From NCBI GenBank assembly GCA_001820955.1, contig MHRK01000019.1, positions 1-54,594 on the forward strand: a DNA stretch of 54,594 nucleotides, given 5' to 3'. Under the pieces are notes generated by a model. It did not search any database and was not told the origin of the DNA. It saw only the letters and a list, made by a program, of their open reading frames with translations. Made by a program: the position numbers and the translations under genes. Every line of letters starts with the position of its first letter. The first letter of the stretch is position 1. This document shows, piece by piece, positions 16,751-25,508 of this stretch. This DNA comes from Candidatus Taylorbacteria bacterium RIFCSPHIGHO2_02_FULL_43_32b. GTDB lineage: Bacteria > Patescibacteriota > Minisyncoccia > Phycocordibacterales > 2-02-FULL-43-11.

Positions 16751-19700
16751 ATGAGTTTATTAGACAAAATTTTTCCAAAGAAAGACGCCGGCGACTCTCC
16801 GCAAATCGCCTCTGTTTTGCCTGCCGATATATATGAGGCAGGGGCACTTGAACTCCGCGATGTTATCGCCCCATCTGCTCTCAAAGTCTCGCCCAAATCC
16901 ATAAACCTGGGAAATAAAATCGTTAGAACATATTTCGTCATATCCTATCCCCGCTTTCTGACCGAAGGCTGGTTTGCCCCGATAATCAACCTGGACAAAG
17001 TTTTTGATATTTCAATATTCATCCACCCCATTGATACGGCAAGGGTTCTCAAACAATTTCAGAAAAAGGTGGCCGAAGTCCAAAGTCAGATAAACGAAAG
17101 GGAAAAGAAAGGTTTTGTCAGAGACCCCATTCTCGAAACAGCTTACAACGACCTTGAAAAATTGAGAGACGACCTTATGCAGGCTCAAGAAAAAATGTTT
17201 GATGTCGGTCTTTACATGTCCATCTACGGAGAGTCAGACGAAGAGTTGGACAAAATTGAGACTGAGGTGAGATCCATACTCGAATCCAAGCTTGTTTATG
17301 TAAAACCGGCGCTTTTCCAGGAGGAACAGGCTTTCAGAAGCATCGCCCCTCTCGGCACGGACGAAATTATGGTACACACAAAGCTAAACTCCTCGCCACT
17401 TTCCAGCCTTTTTCCGTTCATTTCCTTCGATATGACTTCCGACAAAGGTATTCTTTACGGCATCAATCGGCACAATGCGAGTTTGGTGCTGTTCGACCGC
17501 TTTTCTCTCGAGAATTACAACAGCGTGACGCTTGCTCAATCTGGATCTGGAAAAAGCATAAAAGGCAACGAACCCGTCCTCATAAAACAAAATGGAAAAA
17601 TATCACTCCGACCAATAGGTAGTGTCGTCGACAAACTAATAAGAAAGAGGGGGGCAGTACAAATAGATGAAGAAATGGACGGGGTGATCGACCCAGGACT
17701 GGAAGTCTACAGCTTTGACAAAAATATGAAAGGCTCGTGGAGTAAAGTCAGTGTTGCCGCCAGGAAAATAGCCCCCAAGCAATTCTATCGTTTCAAAACA
17801 AAAAGCGGACGTGCTGTTGTAACGACTGGCGACCACAACATGTTGGTTTTACGAAACGGTGAAATTGTAGCCACAAAAAGTGATAATGTTGGGTTGGGAG
17901 AAGCCGTGCCCTTACCGAGATCTGTAGAAACAGGCGATAATTTCGACACACAAATTAATTTACTTGAACTTCTGAAAAACCGCCCAAATATATATGTTGC
18001 CGGCGCGGCAAAAGAAATAAAATTGCTTCAAAAAGAATACGAAGGAAAGATTGTTAACTCGCGATTTGATAAATATCTCTACAAGTACCACGCGGGGCGA
18101 AGAATACCGATTGCCTATTTCCTCAAACTCTTACGAGCATCAAACCACACACCACAAGCAGTGGAGATTAGCAAATGGCGTGTTATTTCATCGAGCGGTA
18201 CTGGCTCTCTCCCCGCCATTTTCCCAATTTCCAAGGAATTCATGAGGATCATCGGCTATATTATTTCCGAAGGTACCATTCGAAAAGAAGCTGTTATTAT
18301 CAGCAACACCGAAAAAGAAGTTTTGGACGACATTTCAGACTGCCTTAAAAAAATGGGGTTAACCTTCTTCAGAAATACCAAAAGCATCCGCGTGGGTTCT
18401 GTCGTTTTCGTAAACCTAATTCACGCTCTCGGTCTTTACAAAAAATCAGCCGGAAAATGTATCCCTGGGATCGCATGGGGGACATCTACACAAAGCATGG
18501 CGGCCTTGCTTTCATCATACTTTGAAGGTGACGGTGGAGTAGACGGACCGTCAATCACAGCGGTGTCCAAATCAAAACGTTTGATTTCTGAGCTGTCTTA
18601 TTTTTTGTTTTTCTTCGGCATCGTAGGCCGCGTTCATAAGAGGGAAAAAAAATACGTCAAAACTGGTAAAAAAAGAACTTTTTGGCATATTTCCATAAGC
18701 GGGCAATCGTCACTTAACAGTTTTGCTGAAAAAATTGGCTTTGTTTCTAAAAGAAAAAATGCGCTTCTAAGTTCTCTTCTGAACAAAAATGAGAATACAA
18801 ACGTGGACACCATACCAACACTTGGACAACTAGTTGAAGAATTGACATTAATTTTCCCATACGGGATAAACGGAACATCTAATTTTCAAAAAATTAAATG
18901 GTCTAGATTTGACCCCACTCCTAAATATCTCAGAAAGGCAACTGATGAACTGGAAGAGAAAATCGAGGAGTTCGTGCAACTTGGGCAAAGCATAAAAATA
19001 TTATCGCAATTGCCCAAACTTCACAACATCATAGCTATTGCCAAGGAAAACAAAGAAGTCAACACCAAATTATGGAATCTCCTCGGTTCGAGTTGGGCAT
19101 GGATGCGAAACGAGACTGGAGCACCTCGTGCAGAGAACGCTCTTGCTCTTATAGAAGCTGTAGGTCTCACCTCTCCTAGTGTATCCGCAATTAAAACCGC
19201 CGTGCACGACAATGCAATAGCTCTGCATTTGCCAATGAAACACATGGACGCATCTTTACGGAGCGCTATAACAATACGGCCAGAAAGCAACACTTCCTAT
19301 GAAATGCTCCAAAAAGCGGCCTCTTTTATATCGACAGCATACCAGGAATGGGAAAATAATCTGCCGCGTGTGAAGGAAATAATCTCCATTTTACGCACGC
19401 TTATCGAAAGCGAACTATTTTTTGACCCGATTACCAAAATCAACACCATAGAAAACAAAAGCGAAAAATATGTTTATGACCTGACGGTAGACAATGAAGT
19501 ATTCCTTGCCGGATACGGCGGGATGTTTGTTCATAATTCATACGCCACCAAGCTCGAAATATTGCGCTCTCTTATGTTCGATACGGAAGTTATCGTTATC
19601 GACCCCGAAAGGGAATACGAGCAGTTGGCTGAAGCCGCCGGCGGAAAATATTTCAACATTTCGCTTAATTCCGAACACCACATTAATCCCTTCGACCTTC

Positions 19701-20557
19701 CCGCCCCAAGAGAAGACGAGCAACCAAGTGACGTTCTACGCTCGCACATCATCAATTTAGTAGGATTGTTTCGTATAATGCTGGGCGGTCTTACTCCGGA
19801 AGAAGACGCTATCGTTGATCGCGCCATCACGGAAACATACGCCCTAAAAGACATTACTCCCGACGAAAATTTTGCCAATTCTGAACCGCCTCTCCTTTCG
19901 GATTTCGAGACAGTTTTGGCCGGAATGGAAGGGGCATCTTCTCTTCATGAGAGGCTGACGAAATACAGCCGCGGCACATGGTCAGGCTTTATCAACCAGC
20001 CGTCAAACATTTCAATCGACAGCAAATTCGTAGTCTTTTCAATCAGAGACATGGAAGATGAACTGAAAGCCGTGGCAACATATCTCATTACAAACCACAT
20101 CTGGGCGGCAATCCGAAAAACCTTAAAAAGACGCCTTCTCATCATCGATGAGGCCTGGTGGATGATGAAATCTGAAGACACGGCCTCATTCTTGGCGCGC
20201 ATGGTAAAGCGCGGAAGAAAGTATTATTTGGGAGTCGCAACCATCACCCAAGACGTTGATGATTTCTTGAAATCTCCTTACGGCACTCCGATTATTACAA
20301 ACTCGTCTATGCAGATATTGCTCAAACAGTCGCCCACAACAATCGATCGTCTGCAACAAATTTTCCAGCTAACAGACGAAGAAAAGTATCTGCTTCTTGA
20401 ATCGGCCATAGGGGAGGGGATATTCTTCGTCGGCCTCAAACACGTAGCCATAAAAATCATCGGCTCCTATACCGAAGATCAGATTATCACGTCCGACCCC
20501 CACCAACTGCTAACAATCAAAAAAGCCAAGGAAGAGTTGCGCGCGACAGAAGGATGA
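16751..20557 (+). CDS. virB4: VirB4/TrbE-type T4SS ATPase interrupted by an in-frame intein
   Basis: Gram-positive-type VirB4 N-domain; Walker A AQSGSGK|S-YATK split by the intein; Walker B LLIIDEAWWM; ITQDVDDF. Confidence 0.85.
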   Translation: MSLLDKIFPKKDAGDSPQIASVLPADIYEAGALELRDVIAPSALKVSPKSINLGNKIVRTYFVISYPRFLTEGWFAPIINLDKVFDISIFIHPIDTARVLKQFQKKVAEVQSQINEREKKGFVRDPILETAYNDLEKLRDDLMQAQEKMFDVGLYMSIYGESDEELDKIETEVRSILESKLVYVKPALFQEEQAFRSIAPLGTDEIMVHTKLNSSPLSSLFPFISFDMTSDKGILYGINRHNASLVLFDRFSLENYNSVTLAQSGSGKSIKGNEPVLIKQNGKISLRPIGSVVDKLIRKRGAVQIDEEMDGVIDPGLEVYSFDKNMKGSWSKVSVAARKIAPKQFYRFKTKSGRAVVTTGDHNMLVLRNGEIVATKSDNVGLGEAVPLPRSVETGDNFDTQINLLELLKNRPNIYVAGAAKEIKLLQKEYEGKIVNSRFDKYLYKYHAGRRIPIAYFLKLLRASNHTPQAVEISKWRVISSSGTGSLPAIFPISKEFMRIIGYIISEGTIRKEAVIISNTEKEVLDDISDCLKKMGLTFFRNTKSIRVGSVVFVNLIHALGLYKKSAGKCIPGIAWGTSTQSMAALLSSYFEGDGGVDGPSITAVSKSKRLISELSYFLFFFGIVGRVHKREKKYVKTGKKRTFWHISISGQSSLNSFAEKIGFVSKRKNALLSSLLNKNENTNVDTIPTLGQLVEELTLIFPYGINGTSNFQKIKWSRFDPTPKYLRKATDELEEKIEEFVQLGQSIKILSQLPKLHNIIAIAKENKEVNTKLWNLLGSSWAWMRNETGAPRAENALALIEAVGLTSPSVSAIKTAVHDNAIALHLPMKHMDASLRSAITIRPESNTSYEMLQKAASFISTAYQEWENNLPRVKEIISILRTLIESELFFDPITKINTIENKSEKYVYDLTVDNEVFLAGYGGMFVHNSYATKLEILRSLMFDTEVIVIDPEREYEQLAEAAGGKYFNISLNSEHHINPFDLPAPREDEQPSDVLRSHIINLVGLFRIMLGGLTPEEDAIVDRAITETYALKDITPDENFANSEPPLLSDFETVLAGMEGASSLHERLTKYSRGTWSGFINQPSNISIDSKFVVFSIRDMEDELKAVATYLITNHIWAAIRKTLKRRLLIIDEAWWMMKSEDTASFLARMVKRGRKYYLGVATITQDVDDFLKSPYGTPIITNSSMQILLKQSPTTIDRLQQIFQLTDEEKYLLLESAIGEGIFFVGLKHVAIKIIGSYTEDQIITSDPHQLLTIKKAKEELRATEG
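17555..19537 (+). mobile_element. Intein (661 aa) with LAGLIDADG homing endonuclease in the VirB4 Walker A motif
   Basis: Ser1 after GSGK; block B TTGDHNMLV; LAGLIDADG-like motifs FMRIIGYIISEGT and LLSSYFEGDGGV; ends GGMFVHN with +1 Ser. Splicing restores GSGKSYATK. Confidence 0.85.
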
Positions 20558-20595
20558 TTTAAACAATCAGAATTACACACACTTCACTACTCAAA

Positions 20596-21033
20596 ATGGA
20601 AAAAAACGCACCCAAACAGAAGGTCTCTCACAATTTCAGACAAAATGAAGTGGGGGATAAATCGAATAGGGCAGAACCAAAACTACTGCCTGTGGTGTGG
20701 GCAATGCTTTTCACTGCCATGATCATTGTAGACCTTCTCCAAGTGGCGCTTGATGCCGTCGTCATAGGGTTTCTAGCGAATATACTTATAGACGTTGTTG
20801 TTGGCCCTTCACTTGCTTTATTCTTTTATCTGAGAGGGATGCTCGACAAGAAACTGACGATTAGCCTCATACTGGGCTTCGCACTTGATTGGTTGAGTCT
20901 CGGCATTTTACCGACCTGGACTGCGGATATTGCCTACGCATGGCTGGTCACTGACGGCTCAAAAACAATCGGCAAAGTGGCAGGGGCCGAAGAAACGGCA
21001 AAAAAGATATCTTCTAAACTGCTGAAAAAATAG
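20596..21033 (+). CDS. Small multi-pass membrane protein, hypothetical
   Basis: 145 aa with 3-4 hydrophobic helices, immediately after VirB4. Confidence 0.55.
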   Translation: MEKNAPKQKVSHNFRQNEVGDKSNRAEPKLLPVVWAMLFTAMIIVDLLQVALDAVVIGFLANILIDVVVGPSLALFFYLRGMLDKKLTISLILGFALDWLSLGILPTWTADIAYAWLVTDGSKTIGKVAGAEETAKKISSKLLKK

Positions 21034-21098
21034 TATTTGCCCTTAATATGTACTGAGGTACAAATAGTTGGAAATATTTGTTGTGGTATAATATTTAC

Positions 21099-22082
21099 AT
21101 GAAGTTGCGTCTTATTCTCACAATCGTCCTCACACTTTTTCTTTTCGCGTATTCAACTGTTGCTCAGGTCCCGGGGGAGGGTTCGCTTGAACTTGTTGTC
21201 ACTCCAGAAATTCCGAAACCAAACGAAGAAGTTGTTGCGGTAGTAAGAAGCAGTATCACTGATTTAGACCGGGCAGATATTTCCTGGATAATAAACGGGC
21301 AAACTAAAATCTCTGGCAAGGGTGTTAAAAGTTTTAGTTTTAAAAACGGACAATTAGGCGAAAAAACTTCTCTTCAGGTAATTATCGTCAGCTCCGACGG
21401 TTATTCTCTTTCTGAAACCGTAACATTCATACCGGCAAGCGTATCTTTAGTTTATGAAGCAAACTCTTACACCCCGCCCTTTTATAAGGGCAGGGCTTAT
21501 TTCCCCTATCAGGGAACCGGCCGAGTGATTGCCTTTCCATCATTTTCAGATGAAAACGGCCCGATCGACTCTTCACAGCTAATTTTCAAATGGAAGGAAG
21601 GAAATAGGGTTCATGAGAATGCCTCCGGTTTTGGCAAAAACACTTTCGCTTTTTCAAACACAGACAAATTGCCAAGACCTGGCGAGATAGGTGTAGAGAT
21701 TACATCGTCAGATAAACAAATAATCGCTACCGAAACTATAATTATCGAACCAACTGCACCCATGCTTATACTTTACGAACGCAAGCCCAATCTTGGCACC
21801 CTCTACAACAAAGCCCTTACAGATCAAGCACTTCTTAGTGGTGACGAAATGGCCGTGGTCGCCTCGCCGTTCTTTTTTGCGGTTAAAGATCCAAACCACA
21901 AAGACCTTCGATATGAATGGTCGTTAAATGGCCAGGACGTTCCTCAAACTCAAAACTCTTTGGTCGTGCGCAAGCCTCCAAATATTAGCGGCCAAGCTCT
22001 TCTGTCACTTCGAGTATGGAACACTCTTCGTTACTACCAATTCGGTACGACTGACCTTAATATTAGTTTTTCAGCTAACTAA
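21099..22082 (+). CDS. Secreted beta-rich protein (probably repeated Ig-like domains), hypothetical
   Basis: Signal peptide MKLRLILTIVLTLFLFAYSTVAQ; ATG 21099 inside track ORF 21078. Confidence 0.6.
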   Translation: MKLRLILTIVLTLFLFAYSTVAQVPGEGSLELVVTPEIPKPNEEVVAVVRSSITDLDRADISWIINGQTKISGKGVKSFSFKNGQLGEKTSLQVIIVSSDGYSLSETVTFIPASVSLVYEANSYTPPFYKGRAYFPYQGTGRVIAFPSFSDENGPIDSSQLIFKWKEGNRVHENASGFGKNTFAFSNTDKLPRPGEIGVEITSSDKQIIATETIIIEPTAPMLILYERKPNLGTLYNKALTDQALLSGDEMAVVASPFFFAVKDPNHKDLRYEWSLNGQDVPQTQNSLVVRKPPNISGQALLSLRVWNTLRYYQFGTTDLNISFSAN

Positions 22083-22083
22083 A

Positions 22084-23175
22084 ATGGCCATTATAAAAAA
22101 AATTTCAGTTGGTCTGGCGATCCTTATCTTTTTTGGTCTAAATTTTAGTTTATCCATGGCGCAGACAACCCCAAGAATTGATGTTTATCCCACCCTGGCT
22201 CCTTTGCCCAACTCAAACGGAGTGCTGGTCACAGAAGTAGTGGTTGGGGGGAACCAGGGGATAGGGACCTATTTAAACAATCTTTACAAGATGGCAGTTG
22301 CAGGGGCGAGCGTTTTGGCTGTTTTGATGATAGTTATAGGCGGTTTTACTTATCTTTCAACAGACGCCATCGGCAACAAAGAAGAAGGTAAGTCCTATAT
22401 TAAAAATGCCTTGGGGGGAATGCTCTTAATTTTAGCGTCGTGGATTATCCTAAACACAATTAACCCTCAACTTGTCCAGTTGAACATAATAAGTAAAAAA
22501 CTTGAATCGGTACGTATGGAATCTTTGTTTCTTTTTAGTGAAAACGGCCAAAAACAATTTGACGCAATGTATGAAGAGTTAAGAAAGTCTGTACTAAATC
22601 GCAAAGAAAAACTTCAAAACATGAAGGATCAATTATCAGAAATGCAATCTCAACTCGACACATATAAATACCTTCAACATATGGATAGCCTTGGAGCTTT
22701 ATCACCAATAGAAACCATAGCACTTCAACAGTTGGAGCCTAAAATCCAAGCTCTCGGTGGGGCATCCGCAATTGAAGCAAAAATCACTGACCTTACAAAA
22801 AATGTAAATCAAATTTCTCTAATTGACGGTACTTATGAGCGAATTGAGAATATCCGGGTCCAAAGCCTTACCCTAACAACCCCGACAACCATATTATCCG
22901 CCTCCGAAACTTTACGAAATATCTATACATCAACCGTTGCTAAAATTGACGCTTTGGATACACACATTTATACCGCAGATGCTAAAACAGATTACAAAAC
23001 TCAATTCGCTCAAAAAATCGACCAAACCATAGAGGAAATATGCAAAAATGGTGTAATTCCAGAAAAAATTGTAGACCTGGGTGAATTCACAGGTGGTGCG
23101 ACTTCTAACGACGACTACTCGAAGTGTTTGAGTTTTAGAATTCTACCCTCAGGCGGTGCTGGAGGGAACTGGTAA
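22084..23175 (+). CDS. T4SS-pilin-like (TrbC/VirB2-like) domain fused to a long coiled-coil tail
   Basis: Signal peptide, then two hydrophobic helices (LYKMAVAGASVLAVLMIVIGGFTYL ; IKNALGGMLLILASWIILNTINPQ) separated by a short charged loop, then about 230 aa helical region. ATG 22084 is in frame, 1 nt after the previous stop. Confidence 0.55.
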   Translation: MAIIKKISVGLAILIFFGLNFSLSMAQTTPRIDVYPTLAPLPNSNGVLVTEVVVGGNQGIGTYLNNLYKMAVAGASVLAVLMIVIGGFTYLSTDAIGNKEEGKSYIKNALGGMLLILASWIILNTINPQLVQLNIISKKLESVRMESLFLFSENGQKQFDAMYEELRKSVLNRKEKLQNMKDQLSEMQSQLDTYKYLQHMDSLGALSPIETIALQQLEPKIQALGGASAIEAKITDLTKNVNQISLIDGTYERIENIRVQSLTLTTPTTILSASETLRNIYTSTVAKIDALDTHIYTADAKTDYKTQFAQKIDQTIEEICKNGVIPEKIVDLGEFTGGATSNDDYSKCLSFRILPSGGAGGNW

Positions 23176-23179
23176 TAAT

Positions 23180-24445
23180 ATGGAAAATAAAAAAAGTAAA
23201 ATCATCATAACTGTCCTCGTAGTTGTTCTTTTTTTGATAGTGGGAGCTTTATTTTTCCTTTTTTTCATCAATCAGGAAGAGGCGGGTGATCCAGGTGACA
23301 TTTTCCCAGGCAGTGGTTCAGATTTGCCCGACATGAGTACTTCCACTACAAGTGGAGGAGGAAGATCCGGCACAACACAAGGTGGTGGCAATTTGATTTC
23401 TGGAATCCAAACACCTCACCCCCGCACGGGAACAGCTTTTAAACCAGTTCTGCGGCTCGTTACGAATAAGCCTGTGGGCGGGGCAGTAACTTTTGAAAGA
23501 AGTGGAAAAGTATTCATCCGATACATAGAAAGAGCTCAGGGCTTTACGTTCGAGACTAGCGCTGTAAATATCAATAACTTGAGACTTACTAATACAACCG
23601 TTCCGCAAATTTACTCCGCCTTATTTAACGCAAACGGGACTATCGCTATCCTTCAGTATCTGAAAGACGAATCTCTTATTCAAACTTTCGTTGGTAATCT
23701 TATTGAAAAAGGGGGAGGTCAGGGAGAATTAAGAGGTCAATTTTTAAAAACCGACATATCTACTTTGGCGCTTTCTCCACAAAAAGACAAAGTTTTTTAC
23801 TTGTTGGAAACAAATTCCGGTTCGTCAGGTGAATTAGTTTCCTTAAACAATACGCAAAGGTCTACTGAAATTTTCGAGTCTCCTTTGCGCCAGTGGCTCT
23901 CACAATGGCCAACAGAAAATAAAGTGCTTTTGTATTCGAAGCCATCTTACAATAGCGAGGGGGTTGCGCTGTTCGTAAATACAGTTAGCGCAGAGACTAC
24001 GACAATTCTCGGCGGGATTAAAGGTTTAACAGCCCTTGCCAGCCCGGAGGGAAATCACATTTTGTATTCCAATTCCTCGGACAAGACAATGTCAACCAGA
24101 ATTTATAGGCTAAATGATAACAGTAGTAAGACCATCAGCCTGACAACTTTACCGGAAAAATGCATTTGGAGCGACTCTTTACCAAACGTTTTTTACTGCG
24201 CCGTCCCATCCTCGATCCCTAAAGGAAATTATCCTGATCAATGGTACCAGGGAACTATTTCTTTCCGAGATGAAATGTGGAAGGTCAACGCGGAAACGGG
24301 CGACCTTGAATATCTGAGCCCGATAAGCGACCTGGCTGGCATGGACATTGATGCTGTAAACCTTTCAATAGACAAAAAAGACAAATCAATTACTTTCATG
24401 AACAAAAATGATCTTTCTCTTTGGACTCTCCAAATAGCCGAATAA
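23180..24445 (+). CDS. Membrane-anchored protein with probable beta-propeller (TolB/PD40-like) ectodomain
   Basis: N-terminal TM (IIITVLVVVLFLIVGALFFLFFI), Gly/Ser linker, repeated ...SP.G..ILYS... strands. ATG 23180. Confidence 0.5.
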   Translation: MENKKSKIIITVLVVVLFLIVGALFFLFFINQEEAGDPGDIFPGSGSDLPDMSTSTTSGGGRSGTTQGGGNLISGIQTPHPRTGTAFKPVLRLVTNKPVGGAVTFERSGKVFIRYIERAQGFTFETSAVNINNLRLTNTTVPQIYSALFNANGTIAILQYLKDESLIQTFVGNLIEKGGGQGELRGQFLKTDISTLALSPQKDKVFYLLETNSGSSGELVSLNNTQRSTEIFESPLRQWLSQWPTENKVLLYSKPSYNSEGVALFVNTVSAETTTILGGIKGLTALASPEGNHILYSNSSDKTMSTRIYRLNDNSSKTISLTTLPEKCIWSDSLPNVFYCAVPSSIPKGNYPDQWYQGTISFRDEMWKVNAETGDLEYLSPISDLAGMDIDAVNLSIDKKDKSITFMNKNDLSLWTLQIAE

Positions 24446-24603
24446 TTCTTGCCCCCACTGCGTCTTTGCCCATACCTCAAATCATAGACCTCCTAGCAAC
24501 TTTCATTTCTTTTTTATTCTTTCTTTTTTATTCCCAGTTGCAAACCCTCAAACCCCACGAACCCGATGGCCTCCAACCCTTTTGCCCATACCGACACCTC
24601 ACC

Positions 24604-24629
24604 ATAAATCTAACTATAGTTACGTTTAT
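24604..24629. repeat. Palindrome P1 (imperfect) upstream of the wHTH/Cas2-fold gene
   Basis: ATAAATCTAACTATAGTTACGTTTAT: 11/13 self-complementary half-sites, 24/26 identical to the P2 core, ends 34 nt before the ATG at 24663. Confidence 0.7.
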
Positions 24630-24662
24630 CGAGACCCCTATTAGAAAATTTAATTCAAAAGT

Positions 24663-25286
24663 ATGGGAAATATCGAATTTGAAGCCAAAAAAATCAGAAC
24701 CAGGCGAAGCATAAGAAAGGCAATTTTGGCTTCTATCGCGGTGGCTGGTTTTTTGAGTATAGCGGCCGTTGCGCCAAACGCCATGAGTATTCTTGAATTG
24801 GTAAGCGGTAAGAAAAAGAAAACCCCCAAATTTGCTATCACAAATTCTTTTAACAGACTTTTGGAAAGTGGGTATATCGAATTAAAAAATAAAGGAGGAC
24901 AAAAGAAAGTTGAAATAACCGGAAAAGGACGACTACTCCTAGCGAGAATTGGCGGGGGAAATTATGTACTTAAAAAGCCCTGGCGATGGGATAAACGTTG
25001 GAGAATAATCCTATTCGACATACCAGAAAATAGACGTCCGGTGAGGGTGAAACTCTGGAAAATGCTTCGCGCACTTCACTTTTACCCCATGCAAGACAGC
25101 GCGTGGGTTTATCCATACGACTGCGAAGACGTCATCAAACTCATAAAAACTGACCTGCACGTTAGTTTTGGAGTTATTTATATCATTGCGGAATCTATTG
25201 AGAACGACCGCAGGATTAGAGATTTTTTCGGACTCAATAAAAATTTGAAACACCTCAAAAAAATAGCTGCATTCATAACATCCTAA
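24663..25286 (+). CDS. PaaX-like protein: winged-helix domain plus Cas2-fold domain
   Basis: FNRLLESGYIELKNKGGQKKVEITGKGR (wHTH-like); WDKRWRIILFDIPENRRPVRVKLWKMLRALHFYPMQDSAWVYPYD matches the Cas2/PaaX-middle-domain pattern. Confidence 0.6.
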   Translation: MGNIEFEAKKIRTRRSIRKAILASIAVAGFLSIAAVAPNAMSILELVSGKKKKTPKFAITNSFNRLLESGYIELKNKGGQKKVEITGKGRLLLARIGGGNYVLKKPWRWDKRWRIILFDIPENRRPVRVKLWKMLRALHFYPMQDSAWVYPYDCEDVIKLIKTDLHVSFGVIYIIAESIENDRRIRDFFGLNKNLKHLKKIAAFITS

Positions 25287-25309
25287 AATGGAAGATCCCC
25301 CAAACTCTA

Positions 25310-25351
25310 GCCCTCAACATAAATGTAACTATAGTTACATTTATGTTGAGG
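25310..25351. repeat. Palindrome P2 (42-nt perfect)
   Basis: CCCTCAACATAAATGTAACTATAGTTACATTTATGTTGAGGG, perfectly self-complementary, 24 nt after the stop of the wHTH/Cas2-fold gene, followed by TGTTTTC. Confidence 0.85.
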
Positions 25352-25508
25352 GGTGTTTTCAAATCAAGCGGAAAAAAGTCTGCCGCAGAAAAAATCAACA
25401 TCGAGGAGTTAACTGATTAATTGAATTAATAGATTTCGTTACATTAACTCATGCAAAATACCTGAGTGAAAGAGTGTAGGATAAGAAACAATAGAAAAAT
25501 AAGTAGCT

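Noticed and set aside
21928-22083. Upstream extension of the pilin-like ORF (track start 21928)
   Set aside because: It overlaps the previous gene by 155 nt. ATG 22084 sits 1 nt after the previous stop and gives a proper signal peptide.
24663-25286. Interpreting the Cas2-fold protein as part of a CRISPR-Cas system
   Set aside because: There is no repeat-spacer array, cas1 or effector genes anywhere in the window. The domain is fused to a wHTH, as in PaaX-like regulators.
25310-25351. Palindromes P1-P4 as integron attC sites
   Set aside because: The GTAAC/GTTAC motifs sit at the centre of the palindromes rather than at the outer R''/R' positions. The stems are perfect, with no extrahelical bases. 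No integron integrase is present.
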